Shown here piece by piece: positions 32,087-40,797 of a stretch of DNA of 64,000 nucleotides. The first letter of the stretch is position 1. Every line of letters starts with the position of its first letter. The position numbers and the translations under genes were made by a program. The notes under the pieces were generated by a model. That model was not told the DNA's origin. It did not search any database and worked only from the letters and a program-made list of their open reading frames with translations. The DNA is from an uncultured virus (IMG/VR IMGVR_UViG_3300010970_000163) (lineage: Duplodnaviria; Heunggongvirae; Uroviricota; Caudoviricetes): the IMG/VR virus record IMGVR_UViG_3300010970_000163. One strand, 5' to 3'.

Positions 32087-32140
32087 AGTTAAGACACGGG
32101 CGAACCCGTGTTTCGTCTCTCTAAGACTCATCAGTTAACC
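32087..32140 (-). ncRNA. Type I hammerhead ribozyme (HH-A)
   Basis: GGUUAA-CUGAUGA-GUCU uagag AGAC-GAAA-CACGGG uucg CCCGUG-UC-UUAACU: canonical GUC cleavage site and a UUCG tetraloop. Confidence 0.93.
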
Positions 32141-32145
32141 TTTAT

Positions 32146-33002
32146 CTACTGAACTCTTACCTCCCATCCATAGCCTCGGTACTTAGCCGCCCATATATGT
32201 AGCTCCTCGGCAGGAATGTACTCCGCTGTTGGTGAAGCGTCGCCAATAGCTTTCTTCCAAAAGATATCCTGCCCGTTGCGTATATCGAAGGTGAATATCA
32301 TAACCTCTCTCGGTTCTTCGTACACCTCGTCCATGTAATCCTGTAGGACGTTGAACATCCTTTGTCTCTCCGCGTCATCCGAGTAAGCGTACTCGATAAA
32401 GTCTCTGATTTGGTCATCCGCATTTTGCTTGTTCATAGTTTCTAGTTGTTTATTGTTTATTGATTATTTGTTTGTTTGTTTTTAGTTAACTCTCTCCCAC
32501 TCACCAAGGCAGTGAAGGTAAAAATACTCCCGAAGATAACCCCGAACATTGCAAGGGGTGTAAGGGTAAGCACAAGAGATAAGGCAATAGCCACGAGGCT
32601 AAGTTCTAAGATAGTTTTCATGTGTTTTTATTTTTTTATAGTTAGTGTACGTTTAACGTGTGATAGCCCTTGAAACATTAAGAACCTCTTAGTTATTTGC
32701 AAGGCATCAGCTCGGTCTGTTGCATTAATAGTCGTGCTATCTATCTCCTCTCCCCCCTTAGTGAATAGGGTTAAAATCCATTGTTTTGTTTCCATGATTT
32801 TTGAATTATTTGGTTATACTTTTTTAGATTCGATTAGGTTGAAATAGTCCATGTATAGTATGTGAAATATCTCGTTAGCCTCTTCGGTGTAATATTTTCC
32901 GTCCTCCTCCCAAATTACTATTTTATCCGTATACACTCTCTCAAGGTGTAAGGAAGCTAATTCAGAGGCAAGGTCTTGTGCGTTGATTGTTCTAGTAAAC
33001 AT
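32146..33002 (-). other. First early genes (32146-32436, two short ORFs at about 32456-32620 and 32627-32795, and 32814-33002)
   Basis: Co-oriented small ORFs downstream of the promoter at 33398-33430. Confidence 0.65.
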
Positions 33003-33025
33003 AATTGTGTGTATTTATTGGTTAG

Positions 33026-33086
33026 CGAAACGTAGGGACTCGAACCCTACAACCTCTCTCACGAGCAGGTCTCTCCAAGCGTTTCA
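33026..33086 (-). ncRNA. tRNA-like element (acceptor plus T arm, no anticodon arm)
   Basis: UGAAAC/GUUUCG stem stacked on GUAGGG-UUCGAGU-CCCUAC (6+6 bp), a GG-containing D-like loop and a GNRA hairpin. Confidence 0.65.
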
Positions 33087-33098
33087 GTGTTTCCGATA

Positions 33099-33109
33099 TG
33101 TCAAAGAAC
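33099..33109 (-). promoter_or_regulatory. boxA-like antitermination site
   Basis: GTTCTTTGACA resembles rrn boxA (GCTCTTTAACA) and lies at the end of the early leader. Confidence 0.6.
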
Positions 33110-33110
33110 T

Positions 33111-33392
33111 ACAGGCTTTATACGCTTTCCTGTTATGCGTCTCAGTCTCTCTAAGATACCACCCTTGCTCAGTTAGGCTCTTAGCTATAGTGTAGGTGAC
33201 TGATAAACTCTACCTTGACGTGTTTTCTCGGATGCGTCTTTTCCCCGTGTCGTTAGGCATACTTGCTGTATTACTTACTAGCTTTTCTCTACACACTCAG
33301 TTCTGATATCGCATCAGTACATGTGGTGAATACTTCGTGTATGTGACTCCTAAACGTTATTTCAATTTGTCAGTATCAATTCCGTTGAATGA
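33111..33392 (-). ncRNA. Putative structured leader ncRNA
   Basis: About 280 nt with no ORF after a promoter. Helix CGUUUAGG..CAUAC/GUAUG-CCUAACG, hairpin CUGAU-gcgau-AUCAG, and motifs shared with 40583-40797. Confidence 0.45.
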
Positions 33393-33397
33393 TGGAG

Positions 33398-33430
33398 CAA
33401 ACCTACAACCGTTCTAAATGTTATTCCAAA
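33398..33430 (-). promoter_or_regulatory. Major early promoter (Bacteroidota -33/-7)
   Basis: TTTG-N21-TAGGTTTG on the minus strand. Confidence 0.8.
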
Positions 33431-34345
33431 TATATTTTAAACTATTTTCAAAATACGTTCTGAAACCCGCATTTTATGCACCCACTTTTTTCATTTTTGC
33501 TCTACAGCCCAATAGATTCAATACCTCATTTTGAAAAAACCAATGAATACAAGGCCTGCAGAAGCAGTAAAGAAACATATAAAATGGCAAAAAATACGCA
33601 TGAAAATAGAAACGTAGCAATAGCAAGGGTTTGAGGTGTAGTATGATTAAAAATGTGAGGATTGGCAGGACTTATAGAAGCTCACGAAATGCGTTGTGAA
33701 AAGGTTTTATTGTGCCTGATTTTAGAAAAAGCTTCAACTGGTGAGCGTGTTTTTTGATAGGTCGGAGTATTTCATGTGGTAATATGTGGTATTTATTATG
33801 CCGATAATGATACACGAAACGTATTAGGTTTTGAGGTTTAGTTCAGGGGTTATTTCATGGCAAAATATGTATTGAAATGTGCCGATAATTGAGAGTGAAA
33901 TGTGGGTGAATTTGCGGTGGTATTTCGCACCTGATTGGAGGGGTTATTTCGAGGGTTATTTTGTGCCGTGTTCGAATGTTAATTCATGGCATGAGTGAGA
34001 GGTTATGTTTTGGGGTTCATTGAGGTGCTATAGAGAGACGTTCACGGGCTGTATAATATCTAGGCATGAGAGAGAGTAATACACCACGTTTGCGGGCTTG
34101 TATCGAGGTCATGCTTTGCCGAGGTGAGAGGCTTGGGATCCCACTATTGACGCGGTGTGTAGCGATTTGTTATGCCGAGAGGTTGAGGCTTGGCTTGGGC
34201 TGTTTCTCAGTGTTGACGCGGTGTTCAGAGCTTTGGGGCTTGACTTTTGGGGTTGCTTTGGCCTAGGCCGGGGTGGGTTCGTAAACACGCATTTCCTGTG
34301 GCCGAGGGGGGTGGCCTAGCGTGGGGGAAACCCCCTTCCCTAAAC
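33431..34345. other. Long non-coding region, putative genome terminus/packaging site or origin
   Basis: About 900 nt without a credible ORF, G/T-skewed on the + strand, with short direct repeats and a GC-rich end. Confidence 0.45.
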
Positions 34346-34430
34346 AGCCTGCATATATCCCCTTTTCGCTTTATTTATCCCTTGATTCCCTTTTCGTGGT
34401 TATGTAAAGATACGAAATGTAATGTAAAGA

Positions 34431-34607
34431 TTATACTTCCGCTATGATAATAGTCTTTCCGTAGACCTTCATTAGCTTCTCCATATCGCTGAATGAGATA
34501 TCGATTGTATTGTTTTCTACTTTGTATAGCCAGGAGGCTGACTTATTTATAGATCCTGCCGCTAGTTCTAGTGACATCTTTTTCTCCTTTCTAATCTTTT
34601 TAAGCAT
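34431..34607 (-). CDS. XRE-family HTH regulator (58 aa, not in ORF track)
   Basis: MLKKIRKEKKMSLELAAGSINKSASWLYKVENNTIDISFSDMEKLMKVYG; own -7 box at 34627-34634. Confidence 0.8.
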   Translation of the reverse strand: MLKKIRKEKKMSLELAAGSINKSASWLYKVENNTIDISFSDMEKLMKVYGKTIIIAEV

Positions 34608-34687
34608 AATATATTTCCTTTGAGTACAAATATACTCGCATTTTGTTTACCTAGAGTAAAAATATGCTTATATTTGCTTAAAACTAC

Positions 34688-35215
34688 ATGGTTATGGATA
34701 AGATTTCTGTAAAAGACTTGGCTTTATTTTTTGATATTGACGCTCGTGAGTGTGTAAATTACCTTCAGATGTTTGAGAGGGATAATGGTTTGCGTTTAGT
34801 TGAGCCTGCTATACTTGATGCTTTTATACCCCAGGTTCTTCATGACAAGATAATGCGGATGTATAACAAGTTCAATAAAAACTTACTTGATGAGTCTTAT
34901 GTTATATCAGAGGCTTGTGGTCATATACCTATTGTTCCTACTGGCCCTAACATTTACTTCTTGCTTTTAGACAATGTAGTAATCTATATTGGCCAGAGTG
35001 TTAATGCCGTTACTAGGATAGGTAATCATATTGAGAATGGGCGTGTTTTTAATAGGACTTATGTCCTGCCTACTGTTAGTGGTCAATTAGATGTAATGGA
35101 GCTGTTATACATAAATACCTTTCAACCTAAGGAGAATGTTGTTGGGTTGTCCAATAAGACTATCTTCAAGCATATTTTAGGGAGAGTCACTATTAGTGAG
35201 AACGATTTAGTGTAG
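34688..35215 (+). CDS. GIY-YIG domain protein
   Basis: IYFLLLDNVVIYIGQS...RIGNH...E.LYI..FQPKEN; -7 box at 34669-34676. Confidence 0.7.
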   Translation: MVMDKISVKDLALFFDIDARECVNYLQMFERDNGLRLVEPAILDAFIPQVLHDKIMRMYNKFNKNLLDESYVISEACGHIPIVPTGPNIYFLLLDNVVIYIGQSVNAVTRIGNHIENGRVFNRTYVLPTVSGQLDVMELLYINTFQPKENVVGLSNKTIFKHILGRVTISENDLV

Positions 35216-35301
35216 AGGGGGGGGTGGTATCGCAAAATGCGTTTCTTGCATAATGCTAAACCTATCGATATCGAGTGGCTTAAAAAAAATTTTTTCTGGA
35301 G

Positions 35302-35615
35302 TGTCGAATATGTGTCTACGTTTGGGTAGTGTGGCTATCCAGTTGGTTACAATTACTAACCATCTTGCTGGAGTCAACTAAATGGTTCAGGAAACTTGAC
35401 ATTTGGTTTTTATGGAAAAATTCATGCAGTAATTCGGCAGGATTCCGAATTGGTGTGGATTATTTTCCACAATAGGGCATGTTCTGGTGATTATTTTCCA
35501 CGATCAAACATTTGCCAGTAGATGTGGTTTACTGTCTTTTGTTAGTTGTCCGTTTATATCGGACAGGTGTTATAAATAACATCTAGCTCATTTAAATATG
35601 CAGAACTGGTCTGTG
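35302..35615. repeat. Array of short non-identical inverted repeats
   Basis: Examples: TGGTTA-N7-TAACCA, AATTCGG-N7-CCGAATT, TGTGGA-N6-TCCACA, CAGTAG-N7-TTACTG, TGTCCG-N7-CGGACA. Confidence 0.7.
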
Positions 35616-35640
35616 GAGAGAAAATGACTATTAAACCATG

Positions 35641-36207
35641 TTATTGTTTTTTAAACCTAACCCTTTGACCAGAAACTTTTGTTTTGATTTCAGCCTCCTT
35701 GAGGGCTAATACACATTTTACTAAAACGTGAAGTCCTACACCGTATCCATTTTCAAGTTGCACCAATGTAGATCTTGCTACCCCCATTCTTTTCGCCATG
35801 TCCGCTTGGGTTATTCTCCTGTACAGCCTTTCTTTTTTAACTATGTGGGGGATGTTGCTCATTATTCTATATAGTTCCTCGAAGTCTCTACCATCTTGAT
35901 CTGACCTTGTTTCAACTAATTCATTAGGGAGGGACTGCACGTTTAAAAGGTTGGGGTTAATGTCATGGTAGTAGGCTATCCAGTATTTTTCTCTAATCGC
36001 CAAATCATCGAGGTATTCTACCTCTTCTATGATGTCTATCTTTGGATATAGCCAATTCTCCTCTAGCATTTTAACCCACTCATTAACTTGAGTAGAGTGT
36101 GAGTTGGTTAAATGTTTCAGAGGTCTTTGTTCCCCCACTGTGCTTTTGCCTATATACTGGTAGACATCGTTTCTTGGATCTCGTAGTCCGTAGATTATGT
36201 TCTTCAT
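35641..36207 (-). CDS. GIY-YIG nuclease fused to XRE HTH
   Basis: IIYGLRDPR...YIGKS...REKYWI, then ITQADMAKRMGVARSTLVQLENG. Start reassigned to 36207; -7 box at 36231-36238. Confidence 0.75.
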   Translation of the reverse strand: MKNIIYGLRDPRNDVYQYIGKSTVGEQRPLKHLTNSHSTQVNEWVKMLEENWLYPKIDIIEEVEYLDDLAIREKYWIAYYHDINPNLLNVQSLPNELVETRSDQDGRDFEELYRIMSNIPHIVKKERLYRRITQADMAKRMGVARSTLVQLENGYGVGLHVLVKCVLALKEAEIKTKVSGQRVRFKKQ

Positions 36208-36398
36208 TATCAAATGTATTAAATATAATACAAAGGTATGAAATATCGTACAAACGAACAAGTGGATTTACACTATAATGTGATTTTGGAGTGTTTAATT
36301 CATATGGGCCTATGTTGACCTTTTTCCCGATTTTGTCTTAATATAATTTGTCTTTTACGTCACAATTTTTCGTGTTTTTGTGACTTGTAAGGGACTTT

Positions 36399-36875
36399 TT
36401 ATTTCTTTCTACTTGCCTTGACTCTTTTCTTGTCTGCCTTGAACTGTTCGGATTGGGTGTATAGCTTACCAGCCTTCTTGTCCTCTCGGTACATTTTGTT
36501 AGCAGACTTCTTTGCGTCCCCTTCCTTCCACTTCTTTCCGTATGCGAACTTCTCTGCTCTCTTGGCTGACTTGAACCCGACTACCTCTCCTCTCTTCAAT
36601 GCCTCATCGTATGCTTCTTGAGGCTTGTCTTCGAGGTTGGTCCATGTCTTTCCACCGTTGTTAGGGAAGATGGTTGGGTTTACTTCGTATGGTCTCTTTC
36701 TGTTCCCAGTCTCTCCAGAGGATAGGAGAACTGTTGAGGAAGGTCCTTCTGCGTTCTTCATGGGAGTTACTCCCTTTCTCATGTCTCTGAGTGCCTTTAC
36801 CTTGCGAGAGACGATGAGTCCATCCTTAGTTTTCGGTTTCTTTGGTCCTGGGTTGAAGTAGTCTTGTGCTTTCAT
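36399..36875 (-). CDS. Basic hypothetical protein
   Basis: Lys-rich 158-aa ORF. Confidence 0.6.
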   Translation of the reverse strand: MKAQDYFNPGPKKPKTKDGLIVSRKVKALRDMRKGVTPMKNAEGPSSTVLLSSGETGNRKRPYEVNPTIFPNNGGKTWTNLEDKPQEAYDEALKRGEVVGFKSAKRAEKFAYGKKWKEGDAKKSANKMYREDKKAGKLYTQSEQFKADKKRVKASRKK

Positions 36876-36930
36876 GTTGTAAATTTATAAAAAAAAGGCT
36901 CTTGCGAGGCTTCTCTAGTGTAGAATAATT

Positions 36931-37317
36931 CTATTTCTTTCTGTTAAGATTCTTGATATTCTCTAAACTCTTCTGAGTGTATTTTTTTGTAGAATCGGAC
37001 GCTTCGTTAAATAACTTTTGATTTTTTTTATAACCATCAACTCCCGTTTTTACACTTGCATCTCTCATCCCTTTACTATAATTTGAAGGGATTTCTTTTT
37101 GCATTTTCAAACCTGCTATCATTCCTTGTGCAGATTCTAGTCTTTTGCCTTGGTAATAGGCAGCTTTTTTCTCGTCAGTCTTTGGCTTGTATTTAGTTGA
37201 GGCGATCTTATTCATATTGTCCTTTGCTTTAGCGACAACTCCCTTTCCAGGATCAGACTTCTTGGCAACAACTTTCTTAGGAGCTGCACTCATTTTTGCT
37301 GTTTTCTTAATGGCCAT
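36931..37317 (-). CDS. Basic Lys/Ala-rich hypothetical protein
   Basis: Likely start MAIKKTAKMSAAPKK; -7 box at 37343-37350. Confidence 0.55.
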   Translation of the reverse strand: MAIKKTAKMSAAPKKVVAKKSDPGKGVVAKAKDNMNKIASTKYKPKTDEKKAAYYQGKRLESAQGMIAGLKMQKEIPSNYSKGMRDASVKTGVDGYKKNQKLFNEASDSTKKYTQKSLENIKNLNRKK

Positions 37318-37357
37318 TTTTGTATTTATTATTAATAATACACAAATATACAAATAA

Positions 37358-40300
37358 TCACTTATCTCCCAAAATTTCTTTGAGTTGAGAGAGAATATCT
37401 GTCTGAGCCTGTCCCCAGAACATATCGCAGCTTCCGTCTGCCTTGATTGGAGGCTCTGTAAAGTAGGCCTGGTAGTATTCATCAGCCGGTGCTGTAAATC
37501 TATGGCACTTCTCTCTGTGTGGACAATCTGTCCCCCTGCACTTACTTATGTCGCTCATAGTCACCTCCAAATGTTTCGTTGTAGTATTCTTCAAATCCAC
37601 CATTATACTTGTTTTTACAAGCATCGAATTTAGAACATTCCTCCCAAGATATTTCCCAAGTTTGTTCCTGCTCCTCCTTGTGCATTGCTTTATGTTCTTC
37701 AAGCAAATCGTTAATGTCATCACCATTACCTTTTAGGAATCCTTTTTCATATAAAGCAATAGCAAATAGGTCTATGGAACTTTGTTTCTTCTTACTCATT
37801 TTTGTTAGTTCTATTGGAGGTTGAGGAATAGTGCTTCCCATAAAATCCCATACAATTTCTGATGCGTGTAAAAATTTTGCTCTGCCACAATGCTTACAAA
37901 TTGTAGGGGGAGATACATCAGTTCTTGATTCAAATATGCAATCACTCATTGTTACCTCCAAATGTTTCGTTGTACACTTCATTAAAAGTTCCCTCTCCCG
38001 TTAGTTGGAAGTTTCTACCACACTCAAACATTACTTCTTGCTCTGCTTTATGTAGTTCTTTGATTTGCTCAAATTCACCACTTTCTTGCATAGAGATGTA
38101 TAACTCTACATCTGATTCAAGTATTGCTTTCATTAAAATATCAATACTGCTTTGTTTCTTTTCCATAATTTTTATTCTTTAAAGTTATCAGTGATTATTG
38201 CTGCAAAGGAAACAAAACCTCCAGCAAATAAAATAAAACAAAATACAATTGGAAATGTGCCTGTTTGCTCTTGATACCATTGAGCAAATATTGGAGTTAA
38301 TAGTGAGCTAATTAATGTTAGTGCAAACATTATGTAGAGTTTTGTTGCTTTACTCATTGTTGTTTATTTTTTAGTTATATCAATCCATTGCCATCCTAAG
38401 CATACCTTCATCATTGTGCGATGCTGTAATTTCTTTTCCATAATTTTTAGTTTAAATTTTTTCAATTTCTTGTTCAATTTCTTGTTTAACTTCTTTCCAA
38501 TAATCTTTAGTGTTCATAGGCCAAAAAGAATCATAAACAGGACTTGCTGTATTAATAATTTCATCTACTGCTATCAAGGCACACGGTATCGCTAAATCTG
38601 TATCATAGCCTACTTCTTTAAGCATTTTGGTTACTAACGCATCTGCTTTTTCTTTTGGTGTCATAATTTTTAGTTTTTAGTTAAATAAACATAAGTAACA
38701 ATTACAAGTGCAATAAGTAATATTACGGTTGAAAGTTGAGGGTAAACAGTCATCAATGATGATAAGAATAGTATTGCAATTGCAAATGCTACTGATAATA
38801 AAAATGCTTTGATTTTGTTCATAAATTATTTATTTTAGTTTTTATTTTTTTTAATACCACTCTAAAATGTTAATCATGTGTGCGTAAGGGAAGTGCAAGA
38901 TAAAAAACTCGCCTGATGCAAGGTATACAGCACACATCTCAGGATCAATTTCATCATTTTCATCACCAGCATATTCTCTCACACCAACGATACTTGAGGT
39001 GAGTATCCTTACCTCTGCTTTAACAGTGCAGTTGTTATTACCAGTAAGGTCCGACAGTTTGCTGTTAATCAGTTCAATTTTGGCAGCTATAAATTTGTGC
39101 TTCATAGATTATTTATTTGATTTAGTTATTGTGTGTTTTGCAAATATATTAACATTTTTGTAATTATTGCAATACGTATTTCTACGTATTAATCTGCCCA
39201 TACCCAGTACCCGATCATTCTATTGTCAAGTTACTTTCCTGTAGCTCCTGGCGTATGTACTCTCTTATCCTGTAGCACACGTCCATTTCAGCTTCTGTTG
39301 CTTCTCCTGATCCTTGTATGGCGGCTCCGTATTTATGCACGCTACGGAGTTTTTGGTCGAGTTCCCAGAGGAACATCTTGTACTTAGATCCATCGAGAGC
39401 TGTACGCAGTTCTTCTGCCTCTTCTACCCGGTCAAATTCTATTGTTACTTTGCTCATAGCTTTTCTATTTCTTTGATTACCTTAAACCAGTATATGATTC
39501 TGATGGCGGAGCTGTCGTCGTACTTATGCTCCTTGACCTCCTCTAGCATTTCTTTCACAGCTATTATTGCGCAGTGCTTCGCATCCTCTTTAGCCTCCTC
39601 ATCGTAAAGCAGGCCTGCTCGGAGGTATATCCAATATTTGTCGACTAGCTCCTTTGCCTTTAATTTTGCTGTCATAACTATTCAAATGTATTCGTGTAGT
39701 ATTCCTCAAATTGCTTCTCGAAGATCTTTTTCAAGCGAGGGACTTTAGTCACATGAGCGAGATACAGGTCCTTCATCTCCTGCTTATGCATCTCCTTCAC
39801 CTTCTTGAGTGCGGCATTCCACTCCCACTTATCTCTTGGGGTTTCCCATAGAATTTCGAAGAGGACATCTACCGAGGTTTGCTTCTTGTTACTCATTGTT
39901 CTTTTTTAAGTATCTCCACAATGTCTTTAATTGCTTTTACAGCACAAAACAATGTAGATTCATTATCGTCATACCTTACTGCATCTCGTTGAGAAAGTGG
40001 ATAAGACACTTCACATTCGTTGTTATCAATAACAACTCTGATTCTTAATTCGTTAGTGTCACTCATAGCTTCTCAATCTTAATTGTTCCCATAGTACCAC
40101 TCGGTAATGCTGGAGAGGAATAGACATTGTTCCAGTCGTTGTCTATTGCTAGTCGGTGCATTATAGTCCTAGAAATTTGATAGCAGTTTCCAATAAACTC
40201 GGTGCTGTTGTAGCCATAACTTTGATTATCTGCAAAGTCGGGGAGAAGAACTCTTTTAGCCTGTCTTAGCAATTCCTCGGCTTTATTACGTCTTTCTAAA

Positions 40301-40449
40301 AACTCTTCAAACGGAAGACCTTCTAACATCTCCTCAAGAGTATTTCTTAACTGCCATTGTCCAGAGGCAAATCGAGATAAATCATCCATGCAATCTGCAA
40401 TCAATCCCATTTGCTCCTCCGATAATTCAATCGTGTACTTTTTGCTCAT
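37358..40449 (-). other. Second cluster of small hypothetical genes, including paralogous families
   Basis: Co-oriented ORFs, including 37942-38166, 38172-38357, 38452-38664, 38851-39105, 39215-39457, 39454-39675, 39678-39896 and 40063-40449. Confidence 0.7.
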
Positions 40450-40464
40450 ACCTTTTATTTTAGC

Positions 40465-40579
40465 AAAGGAGAAGGGATTCGAACCCTTATGTAGCTGCCA
40501 TTATAGTGACCACACCTTGTTCAGATGCTTTTTGCTATCGGTGCTATAACCATCCGATGTACCAATACGCTACTCCTTT
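40465..40579 (-). ncRNA. tRNA-like RNA with expanded central region
   Basis: 7-bp acceptor AAAGGAG/CUCCUUU, canonical T arm AAGGG-UUCGAAU-CCCUU, U8A9 and D-like UUGG. About 115 nt with no standard anticodon arm. Confidence 0.65.
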
Positions 40580-40582
40580 ATG

Positions 40583-40797
40583 TGCCTTTTTAAACGACGT
40601 CGAGAAGGCTAACTCTATCTCCTATACGATGAGAACAGTTACTTGAGCTTGTGTCAGAGGCTTACTGTGTTTTACGATCCACCGGCCTTGTGGCTATTAG
40701 TTTCTCTTTCTTATTCATTTGAGAGAGTACCCAAGTCAAAACCTCTAACTTAATCTCATCGGAGAGATCCTCGCTAAAGGTCTTGCGGAGCATTTTC
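40583..40797 (-). ncRNA. Putative pseudoknotted structured ncRNA
   Basis: 10-bp UUAGAGGUUU/AAGCCUCUGA and 8-bp ACUUGGGU/GCUCAAGU helices in crossed order, plus several hairpins; no ORF. Confidence 0.55.

Noticed and set aside
33003..33025. Theta/HDV-like ribozyme downstream of the tRNA-like elements
   Set aside because: The trailers here and at 40450-40464 are short A-rich leaders with no room for the fold.
34066..34447. Short ORFs in the non-coding tract
   Set aside because: Atypical composition, no leader signals, and they overlap repeats.
35302..35615. Possible CRISPR array
   Set aside because: No constant repeat with unique spacers, and no cas genes.
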